Positions 12,465 through 21,891 of a DNA stretch of 64,000 nt are shown here, piece by piece. A program made the position numbers and the translations under genes. The notes under the pieces are model-generated. The model had not been told where the DNA came from and made no database searches. It saw nothing but the letters and a program-made list of their open reading frames with translations. The DNA comes from Azolla caroliniana (taxonomy: Eukaryota > Plantae > Polypodiophyta). How positions within the stretch are numbered: position 1 is the first letter of the stretch; each line of letters starts with the position of its first letter. The stretch is from contig JBHGNT010000015.1 in assembly GCA_043228905.1 (NCBI GenBank), positions 13,330,001-13,394,000 of the forward strand. Direction: 5' to 3'.

Positions 12465-13458
12465 ATGAATAGGACATTTAACCATTGCCACATGGCACAC
12501 AATGCTATTATAGTACACGACCTGCACATGCGGAGGCTCGAAAAAGGCGCCAAGATGCAAAGAGAAAAACCCCCACGCATCGAGACCTTGTCCTATCGCG
12601 AACCAAGGAGAACAGACGCAGACATACGCGTGAAGATCAATAACAGAGAGCTCGCACACAAAGAACCCCCTCCCTCAGAACTTTCTCTCTCACACTCTCC
12701 CCACCACCAAACCTCGCCAACGCTCTCCGACCTCGATGCAGAGATGGACTGCCAAACGTTGTCTGAAGCCGCCAAGAAATGGCTACGGCAACACGGACTG
12801 GAGGGTTTCTTAACGATCATGGAGGCGGCGCCACACAAGGAGGCCGAAAAGATCATCAAAGAAATCGACACAGAAGTGATCACGGAGGAGGCAATCCGTG
12901 CATTAATAGGCCTTCTGGAGGGAGGCATCTACACGATCGACAATCCTACCTCCGAACAACTCATCAAATATTTCAGTGAGTACTCTCTAGCCAACAAGGG
13001 CTACAGGACACAAGGCGGCGAAGATATGCTATTCCGCAAAATTGCCCGTGTGCTCAATGAGTTCGGCCACGTGTACCCTAGACCCCCGGTCATGCCTCAG
13101 AACTGAGCAGGCCTGTTCATCGCAACGTACGAAGGGGTCAAGGTAGATTGGCCGGTGTTGATCGCCGACGGGTTGTGTACGGCCATTGATATAGTAAGAG
13201 GAAAGGACGGCAAGGAAGGCTGGAAAATATGGCATGCGGTGACACAATGGCTCACCCTGTAGGCGCCACCGGTCGAGCTCGTCCAAACCAAGAAGCGGGG
13301 AAGAGCAACGGACGGCACCCCGAAACCTGCTTCGAAACGGCAACAACTGTTGGCCTCCAAGGCCACTAAGGAGAAGACAGCCGACACAGAGAAGGCGGCA
13401 AAGGAGCGCGCCAGCCGGAAGCGGCCGACGGATGCAAGAGAGGAGACCCCAGCACGGC
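12465..13458 (+). pseudogene. Extra 3' ORF of element A, N-terminal part
   Basis: ORF 12465-13106 continues through in-frame stops to the B insertion site. The frame resumes at 27753 once B and one TSD copy are removed. Confidence 0.75.
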
Positions 13459-13913
13459 TATTATAGATCTAAGTACTAAAGTAAGCTTAAGATAAGGTTA
13501 AAGTAATAATAGATAGAAAGGAGAAAGAGAAAGAAGCGTGTCGATCCACCCGACCACCCCCGAGCGAAGGGATCGAGACGGACTCGAGCCTCGATCGGCG
13601 TCCCATACCACCGTCGTGGCGTCGAGTCGTACCTAGTGCTGGCGCGCTCGCTACAAGAGTTGACCCACCACACGAGCAGAGTCTCGATGTAGTCAAAAGA
13701 TGATCAAATGAGGGTAGCTAGGCCTCTTATTTATAGCGATACCCAAGGCCCCCAGGCAAGTTCACACTTGACCTAATGGGTTGTCTCAATCCCGAGGATT
13801 AAAAGTAATCCTCCCCTTCTTTACACTCTCGTTTAACCCTCACACTTATCCACGTGTATAGAATACTACGGTAAATTCTTACCACGGGATATTATATGGT
13901 CATGCCCATAACA
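13459..13913 (-). repeat. 3' LTR of element B (TG...TA termini)
   Basis: Direct repeat of 27293-27747. Confidence 0.95.
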
Positions 13914-14620
13914 TACTCCCCCTCTTTAAAACATTGCACTCTTGCAATGGAAAGTTAGGGAAGTTAGTTCTAAGAGTATTTTCGCGTTCCCATGTGGCAT
14001 CTTTTATTGATTTATCCATCCATTTTATTTTAAATTCTCGGATTTCTTTAGTACGTAATTTTTTTGTTTTAACATCGAGAATTCTTTCTGGTACATGTGG
14101 TTTAGAAGATAATTCTTCAGAAGTAACGAGAGTTTCAGTCGTAACTGTATTGTCGCCAGAACCTAGAAGTTCTTTTAGATGACTCACATGAAAGACTGGA
14201 TGAATTCCGACACCATCGGGAAGAGCGAGACGATAGGCTGATGACCCAATGCGTTTGAGGACTGTAAAAGGTCCACAAATCCGTGGGGCTAACTTAGCGC
14301 ACTTACCCGTAGACAATGTCTTAGAATTGTGAGGTACACGTAAAAATACCTTCTGTCTAGGGTTGAATACACGAGGTTGCCTATGATGATCGGCATAAAA
14401 ACGCGCTCTATCTTGAGCTGTTTTTATATTATCTCGTGCAATATGCAACATATCTTGCATATCCCGAAGAAAGTTTTGCATACTTCGCAACTCATCATGA
14501 TGTATATTAACATCAATCGGGGCTCGTGGCTGAAAACCATACATCAACATAAAAGGACTATATCCCGTCGACGTATGCTTGGAGCTGTTATAAGCAAACT
14601 CCAAAATTGGGAGATAACGT
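13900..14620 (-). pseudogene. C-terminal integrase, GPF motif and chromodomain of B pol
   Basis: [11 protein letters not shown]...[11 protein letters not shown]...PERILDVK...FKIKW...DATWERE. Joins 21892 in frame (KWER|YLP) once C is removed. Confidence 0.9.
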
Positions 14621-15454
14621 TGTCGTAGTGTAGGTTGCACACTATGTGGAAATTATATTTTTGTCCCTCCGGATAGAGAATGGAGTGCTCGGTGAGAACC
14701 GGCAAGGAGGAAAACGGCATACCGGCAAGGAGGAAAAACGGCATACCGGCAAGGAGGAAAACGGCATACCGGCAAGGAAGAAAACGGCATACCGGCAAGG
14801 AAGAGCCGGATAAAGAGACATAAATGTAAAATAAAAGGAAATACTCACTACTGCGCAGGGCGTGATTCAAACTCTGCACCTCCACATTGACAAATCCCAA
14901 CCTTACCATTACATTAACTTATCTTAAGTGTTTTAAATATAGATTTAATACATATAAGACCTTTATTTATGCATACCTTTATTAAAAGGTAAATCGTGTA
15001 TTTTTTTTAATATATGAAAAAGAAAAAACACGAGACACTAAAAACTCATGCACATCTAGCGTGCATGAGCCCTATACTTAGGAAATAAAAAAGCATCACA
15101 TGCACATTTAGTGGACATGAACACTTTTTGTAAAAAAAAAGCATGAAGCCATGCTTAGCTCTTCCTTCCTTATATAAGGAGGAGAGAAATATATAAAGGG
15201 TTGTTGATTATTTGGATTATGTATTAATCAATACAAAAATTATTCGTGGGATTCACGATTTATACATCTACTTCTCTCTTAACACCCTAAGTACCAATTA
15301 ATATAGTATACTCGTGTGATTCACGAGTTTCTTATCTTTCTCTTTGCTATTTACTCATAATTAATCTCTATCTCACGAACTTCTTTCTCCTAGTCCAAGA
15401 CCTCTGTGGTTCCCACCCGACTCACGCAACGATCCGGAGCCGAAAGGCACGACA
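14621..15454 (+). repeat. 5' LTR of element C with an internal 23-bp tandem array
   Basis: accggcaaggaggaaaacggcat x4 plus a partial unit at ~14698-14803. TATA-like cttatataagg at ~15170. Confidence 0.95.
14852..14918 (-). other. Antisense tRNA(Asp)-like Pol III cassette in the C LTR (second copy ~21289-21355)
   Basis: Minus strand TAATGTAATGGTAAG...TTGTCAA...GAGTTTGAATC, homologous to the better-preserved copies at 59780-59930. Confidence 0.6.
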
Positions 15455-15458
15455 CAGT

Positions 15459-15476
15459 TGGTGAACCCGACGTGAA
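15459..15476 (+). promoter_or_regulatory. 18-nt tRNA-Trp primer-binding site
   Basis: TGGTGAACCCGACGTGAA is complementary to the 3' end of plant cytosolic tRNA-Trp (...UUCACGUCGGGUUCACCA, from recall). Confidence 0.9.
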
Positions 15477-15492
15477 GACGGGTGGCAAGGAG

Positions 15493-17529
15493 ATGGAGGC
15501 TCAACAAGCTAACAATATGATGGCGATGTTCGAACGGATGCTTCAAGAACAACGCACGATGTCGGAGATTTCGGCATCAGTAGAGCGGCTCGTGCAACGC
15601 AACGGGCAATTTAATGGTAAGGATGTGTCGCGATATTTGCAGGACTACAAGGCGGAGATGCTCCGGTGCCGGGCTTCGGAAGGACTGCAAGTGACATCCT
15701 TTAACCGGGTGGCGACCGACGGGCTTCAAGGGAGTATCCACGGGTTGCAACAACAAAATCCGACGTGGGAAGCATTCGAAGAGGCGTTAAAGACCACGTT
15801 TGCCATCGAGGACTCCTCCAAGGCAACGCGGAGGGGATTCGAGGATTGGGTGGAAACGTCAGGTAAGGGGCTGAAGGTCCTCGAAGTGTTTTCGACATTC
15901 GAAAGTCGGTTCGGGAGGTTGTCCGCGAGAGATCAAACTATTCTTGCACCGGACAAAGTCATCATGTTTTTGCGAGCTGTGGACGTCCGGGACCGGAAAG
16001 ATCTCGGAGTGCTTCTTGAGGACACGACCACCGAAAGCGGCCTCACCGAAACATGGGAAAGCGTGCGGGATATCGTCGCGCGGTACACGAAGAGGGGGCA
16101 ATGGCTTGCCAACGAAGAAAAGAGGGTTTCGGAACCGATTCCGAAACCGAGAACGGGACTGGAAGACCATCAACCGAGGGCTTGGGAGATTACGGCCGAG
16201 AAGGGAGTCGACGCGTCTACGGTGGAGCAGCTGCTGAAGGAGATGGAGAATCTAAAGATCGCGATGGTGAAGAAGTCGGATGACCGCCCCACAAGCTCCA
16301 AATATACGGATCGACGGTGCATATGGTGCGATAGCGCCGAACACGATCGGAGGGATTGCGACGACCATAAGGAGGCGCTACGACGGGATCTCATCTACTA
16401 CGAGGGAAACCGGATTCATTCGATGGACTCTCGGAAGCCACTCCGACCGAACTTCCGGAAAGGCGGCATGAAGAAGGTGCTCGAGGAGGAGTTAGCGGCA
16501 AGAAGCAACTATGCGACAACCGCGAGAATATGTGTCGGGGAGTCTTCGGGAGCGAAGGCGTCTTTCTGGCCGGAGGTGCTAGGAAACACCGAGAAAACCG
16601 ACTCCAACGATATCCGAAACACCGCGGAAGGCGTCCGGGAAGCTACGGGATGGGAGTGCCCTATCGACAAGAATAGCATATACGCCCTGTGTCAATTACA
16701 TGAGGTGTATGTGGACGAGAAACGACGGCGCACGGAGGATGCGGCCGGACCATCGAAGATACCGGAAAGCTGGAACTCCGGAGGTAAGGGAAAAGAAAAG
16801 GCGACTCCGGCATTCAAGCTCGCCTCGGACATAGAACAACAAACCGACTTGAAAAGAGTGTTCGAGGAAAGAATCTTGGATAGCCGGGTAGATTTTTCGC
16901 TGCGGGAACTACTCGGAATAGCGAAGGAGTTTCACGATCTTCTCGTGGATCTCGTGAAAAGGAAGAGACAAAGTACGGAGGAAAATGCTCCAAGGGTGAA
17001 TGCAAATACCGTTTCAATGAACGACACCGAAGTGGAAGGCGAAATTCCGAACTCCCACTATACAAGGCCACACTGGGCACGTGCGACTACGGAGACTCCG
17101 GTCCGAATCGGCAACATCAAAGAACCCGTGCTAGCATTGATTGATCACGGATCGGAGATCAACTTGATGTCCAAGGAGTTCTACCGAAAGGGGAAGTGGC
17201 CTATAAACACCAACCATGGATGGAAGATTCGGGCAGCCACGAAAACGACAGAAGACCTATTTGCGGCTTGTCCGGATGTGACGGTAAAGATCGGGGATGT
17301 CGAAATTGACCAAAATTTCTTTGTGCAGGATGAGGTTTCACATTCTGTCATCCTCGGCCAACCCTTTATCACGGCTTCACGGATGGAGACGAAGGTGCTC
17401 GATAGTGGTGCGGCTTTTGCGCGAATTCGGAGCCAAAACGGAGGGAAATCCGTCCAATTCCTAACGGTGCCGGCAAATCACGAAAGGAACAAGAGGGAAC
17501 TCTTGTCCCAAGTGAGAATGGATTTTTAA
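15493..17529 (+). CDS. gag: Gag-protease polyprotein of element C
   Basis: Intact ORF with zinc knuckle CIWCDSAEHDRRDC, aspartic protease ALIDHGSEIN and ILGQPF motif. Confidence 0.9.
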   Translation: MEAQQANNMMAMFERMLQEQRTMSEISASVERLVQRNGQFNGKDVSRYLQDYKAEMLRCRASEGLQVTSFNRVATDGLQGSIHGLQQQNPTWEAFEEALKTTFAIEDSSKATRRGFEDWVETSGKGLKVLEVFSTFESRFGRLSARDQTILAPDKVIMFLRAVDVRDRKDLGVLLEDTTTESGLTETWESVRDIVARYTKRGQWLANEEKRVSEPIPKPRTGLEDHQPRAWEITAEKGVDASTVEQLLKEMENLKIAMVKKSDDRPTSSKYTDRRCIWCDSAEHDRRDCDDHKEALRRDLIYYEGNRIHSMDSRKPLRPNFRKGGMKKVLEEELAARSNYATTARICVGESSGAKASFWPEVLGNTEKTDSNDIRNTAEGVREATGWECPIDKNSIYALCQLHEVYVDEKRRRTEDAAGPSKIPESWNSGGKGKEKATPAFKLASDIEQQTDLKRVFEERILDSRVDFSLRELLGIAKEFHDLLVDLVKRKRQSTEENAPRVNANTVSMNDTEVEGEIPNSHYTRPHWARATTETPVRIGNIKEPVLALIDHGSEINLMSKEFYRKGKWPINTNHGWKIRAATKTTEDLFAACPDVTVKIGDVEIDQNFFVQDEVSHSVILGQPFITASRMETKVLDSGAAFARIRSQNGGKSVQFLTVPANHERNKRELLSQVRMDF

Positions 17530-17583
17530 AGCGGACTGTTGCGGAGTGGGGAAGTGATAGTCCGAGAAGCCCTGATACCCCAC
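17520..17583 (+). promoter_or_regulatory. Predicted -1 ribosomal frameshift signal (G GAU UUU plus H-type pseudoknot)
   Basis: Heptamer 17520-17526 sits just before the gag stop. Stem 17532-17542/17554-17564; loop GTGGGG 17546-17551 can pair with CCCCAC 17578-17583. The -1 frame is open into pol. Confidence 0.85.
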
Positions 17584-20500
17584 ACAGGAAGAAAACTCTC
17601 GGAGCAAAACAAGTACGAATCGGCCCGGATGGGGCATCTACGTACACGGCCGTAACCGGAGGAATGAAGAAACAATACCGACAAGTGGAGGATAAGTTAC
17701 AGTCGGCATCAATAATAAAAGAAGACGAAGAAATCGTGGGAGTGATCGAGGAAGTGTTCTATGGGAATACACTACAACGGCTTGAAGAGCTTGCGGAAGA
17801 TAAAAGCCAAGGGAACCGGGTAGTCCCGGTGGAATCGGTTGAGATGTACGAGATCGTTGCGAAAATGGGGCCGGATGCGCTCCGCAAAGAAGAAGCAATG
17901 GTAAGTACGAAATACAAGACCGTGGAGAAGAAGGTGAAACCGGCCGCGGGACCACTACCCGCCGATAGCGAACAAAAGAAGAAAGAAGTCTCGGGAGATC
18001 CGACACTTCGGAAGTCCGTGGATATCGGACATGCCTTCACAGATGAGACCCGGAAGAAACTTCGGATCGGTGGAGGTGGGTTCCTCTTACAAGAAGAAGA
18101 AAAACGGTTTCGAGAGATGTTGGAGCAACATGGCAAAGCATTCGCGTTCACATCGAGGGAGATCGGATGCATTGATCATGTACCGTGGAACCTGAAGCCG
18201 ATTCCGGTGCCACGGGCGCATATTCCGAAAGTCATCGACTTGCTCAAGGAGAAGGTGGCGATGGGGATTCTAGAGCCATCAAGTGCTCCGTACTCAAATC
18301 GATGGTTTACGGTTCCGAAGAAGAATGGGTCACTCTGATTCATCCAAGACTTGCAACCGGTGAACAAGGTCACGATTCGGAACTCGGGAGTCGGTCCGAT
18401 AGTGGACGAATTCGCGGAAGCTTTTGCCGGACGTGCGATATACTCCATCGGGGACCTATACTCGGGGTATGACCAATTCCAACTAGCCGTGGAGAGCCGA
18501 GACATCACTACCATGCGGACACCGATAGGACTAGTTCGAATGTGCACACTACCACAAGGAGCGACAAACTCGGTTGCACATATGATGAACGCGATGAACA
18601 AGGTGCTTCGAGATTGCATACCGGAGATAACGATGCCGTTTCTAGATGACATTCCGATGAAAGGATGCGCGGTGGAAGAAAAAGATGAGACTATGGATGA
18701 TCGGGGATGCCGAAAGTTCGTGGTCGAGCATATTCATGATTGCGAGAAAGTGTTGCGAAAGCTAGAAGATGTGCACCTAACACTTTCCGGGGAGAAATCG
18801 GCATTCGGGCAAGAAGAAATATTGGTGGTCGGACATCTATGTGGACCCTACGGCCGAAGACCGTCACCAACAAAGATCGATGCAATTCAAGCTATGAAGG
18901 AAGTATGTGAGTCAACATCGGAAGTCCGAAGGTTTCTGGGTGCGTGTGCATTCTATCACATATGGATTCCGCACTATGCACATATAGCGGACCCGCTCTA
19001 TCACTTGTTGCGGAAAGGTAAGAAATTCGAGTGGAAACCGGAACACACTAAAGCCATGAGGAAGCTCAAGAAGACACTATGGAGGGCGGAATCACTTAAG
19101 AAGCCAAGCTACGAGCGGCCAATCATAGTAACGGTTGATACAAGTCCAACCGGTATCGGGTGGGTCATCAATCAAGCCGACTCGGATGGTTCGCGGTATC
19201 CGATCCGATTTGGAGCAAAGGTCCTAAACGAAAGGCAACGCGGATATGCACAAGTCAAAAGAGAATTGTGGGGAGTTGTGTCGGCGATAAAATCGGATCG
19301 GGATTATTTGATCGGAGCTGAAGTGGTGATCGAGACGGATTGTCTTCTGATACTCGGGATGATGCGATGTTGTACGATACCGGATGTGGCTATGCTAAGG
19401 TGGATTGCATATGTCAAGTCACTTAATCCGGAGGTTCGACACATCTCGGGGAAGGACAACGCGGTAGCGGACATGTTATCGAGGGCGCGGTTTGAAGACG
19501 ACATAACCGAATCAGATAATGAAGAAGTTTCCGAAGACTACTTCACGTCAGAACACATATGCCGAGTGAACGTGATCCGAGAATTCCGGGAAGAAGAATA
19601 CGAGGGGGAAACCTTGATGATCGGGAAGATGCTACAAGAGGTCGAGGATTCAACCAATGATAAAGAAAGGAGAGCCGAGATCCGAAGGAAGAAGAGGCAA
19701 GTCCAAAAGTTCTTCTTGGAAAACGGTTTAATATGGAGGACGCCGAAAAGACCGGATGGGATACCACTTCGAGTAGTCGGGACGAAAGAGCAACGAAACC
19801 GGATAATGTCCGAGTTCCACGAATCCGATTGGGCTGGACATCGAGGAACATGGGCAACTTTTGTGAAAATCAAGCAAAGATATTGGTGGAAGAACATGTA
19901 TAAAGATGTCGCGGAGTTCACAGAAAGCTGCGAGAAATGTCAAGTCTACTCCGGGGTCCGACACCGAGATGAGCTGCATCCGACATTCTCACCAACAATC
20001 AACTTCAAGTGGATGGTCGACATTGTAGCTATGCTGACCGGGATTGGACAAAAGAAATACTTGGTGTTAGCTCGAGAAGATCTCACAAACCAAGTTGAAG
20101 GTCGAGCGCTTCGGAGGAAAACGTGTGCCGCGGTGTGCCAATTTCTTTTGGAAGAAGTGTTTTGTAGGTACGGCTGCGTAGGACAAGTGATTGCGGACCG
20201 GGGAGAACTCGACTCGGACAAAGCTAGGGGATTCTTCGCCAAACATGGAGTTCGGTTAACGTTGACAACGGCCTACAATCCGGAGGCCAACGGGAAGATC
20301 GAACGAGGACATAGTCCGATCGTGAAAGCACTTGCGAAGGCATGCGACGGAAGGGTGAAGGATTGGCCACAAATGCTTCCGTATGCACTATGGGCAGATC
20401 GGACGACGCATAGCTCCGTGACCGGTTACATGCCGGCAGAACTCATGACCGGACAAGCACCGGTAATGCCAACGGAAACCGCAATCGCGACATGGACAAT

Positions 20501-21092
20501 ACTACCGTGGAAGGAAGAGATGAGCCGGGAAGAACTACTAGCGGTCCGGATACGACAACTGGAGGGAAGACCGAAAGATGTAGCGGAAGCGTCACGCCGA
20601 CAACAAGAAGCACAGTTCCGGAACAAAAGCCGGTTTGACACAAAGCACCGACTACGACCGAGGAGGATTGAAGAAGGAGATTGGGTGATCGTCTATGATA
20701 GTAGCTTGGACCATCAACATACAACGATGCGGAAATTCGCGAAAAGGTGGTTCGGGCCGTACGAGGTTCGGAAGGTCTTCGACAACGGGACGTACCGACT
20801 GTCCGAGTTGGATGGAACAATACTACGAGTGCCTATAGCCGGGAAGCGGGTGAAGATTTTCAAGAAGCGGACCGACGACAAACCTTATGTGATCCAAGTC
20901 GAGGCCGACAACGAGGAGCAATCGGACGAAGACCACAATGATGCGGGAAGCGAAGAAAGTGGAGTACAACTCATAGTCGACATAAGGGGAGAATCGGAGG
21001 AAGCTTTGGATGAAGACGGATACGAAGAATCAAGAACTTCGGCACATACCGGAGGATGTGCGGGTTTGGAGGGGGCGAGTGTCGTAGTGTAG
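17526..21092 (+). pseudogene. pol: Pol (RT, RNase H, integrase) of element C with one nonsense mutation
   Basis: RT LPQGATNS/PFLDDI, RNase H VDTSPTGIG, integrase HHCC and DDE core, GPY motif. TGA at 18336-18338 and a 13-codon deletion relative to C2. Confidence 0.92.
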
Positions 21093-21891
21093 GTTGCACA
21101 CTATGTGGAAATTATATTTTTGTCCCTCCGGATAGAGAATGGAGTGCTCGGTGAGAACCGGCAAGGAGGAAAACGGCATACCGGCAAGGAGGAAAAACGG
21201 CATACCGGCAAGGAAGAAAACGGCATACCGGCAAGGAAGAGCCGGATAAAGAGACATAAATGTAAAGAAAAAAGGAAATACTCACTACTGCGCAGGGCGT
21301 GATTCAAACTCTGCACCTCCACATTGACAAATCCCAACCTTACCATTACATTAACTTATCTTAAGTGTTTTAAATATAGATTTAATACATATAAGACCTT
21401 TATTTATGCATACCTTTATTAAAAGGTAAATCGTGTATTTTTTTTAATATATGAAAAAGAAAAAACACGAGACACTAAAAACTCATGCACATCTAGCGTG
21501 CATGAGCCCTATACTTAGGAAATAAAAAAGCATCACATGCACATTTAGTGGACATGAACACTTTTTGTAAAAAAAAAGCATGAAGCCATGCTTAGCTCTT
21601 CCTTCCTTATATAAGGAGGAGAGAAATATATAAAGGGTTGTTGATTATTTGGATTATGTATTAATCAATACAAAAATTATTCGTGGGATTCACGATTTAT
21701 ACATCTACTTCTCTCTTAACACCCTAAGTACCAATTAATATAGTATACTCGTGTGATTCACGAGTTTCTTATCTTTCTCTTTGCTATTTACTCATAATTA
21801 ATCTCTATCTCACGAACTTCTTTCTCCTAGTCCAAGACCTCTGTGGTTCCCACCCGACTCACGCAACGATCCGGAGCCGAAAGGCACGACA
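21080..21891 (+). repeat. 3' LTR of element C
   Basis: Direct repeat of 14621-15454. Confidence 0.95.

Larger units (their letters stand above)
14621..21891 (+). mobile_element. Young full-length tRNA-Trp-primed Ty3/Gypsy element C
   Basis: LTRs 14621-15454 and 21080-21891 (tgtcgt...acgaca) are near-identical apart from one 23-bp repeat unit. 4-bp TSD ACGT, Trp PBS, PPT-like gggtttggagggggcgag. Confidence 0.96.

Noticed and set aside
14698-14803. 23-bp direct repeats as a CRISPR-like array
   Set aside because: Head-to-tail repeats with no unique spacers, inside a eukaryotic LTR.
15400-15454. Hammerhead or other ribozyme at the C LTR end (GCCGAAAGGC hairpin)
   Set aside because: No CUGANGA core on either strand; only a GNRA-capped hairpin in conserved U5.
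15406-15492. N-terminal extension of Gag from the GTG at 15406
   Set aside because: Lies in U5 and the PBS; the ATG at 15493 is the plausible start.
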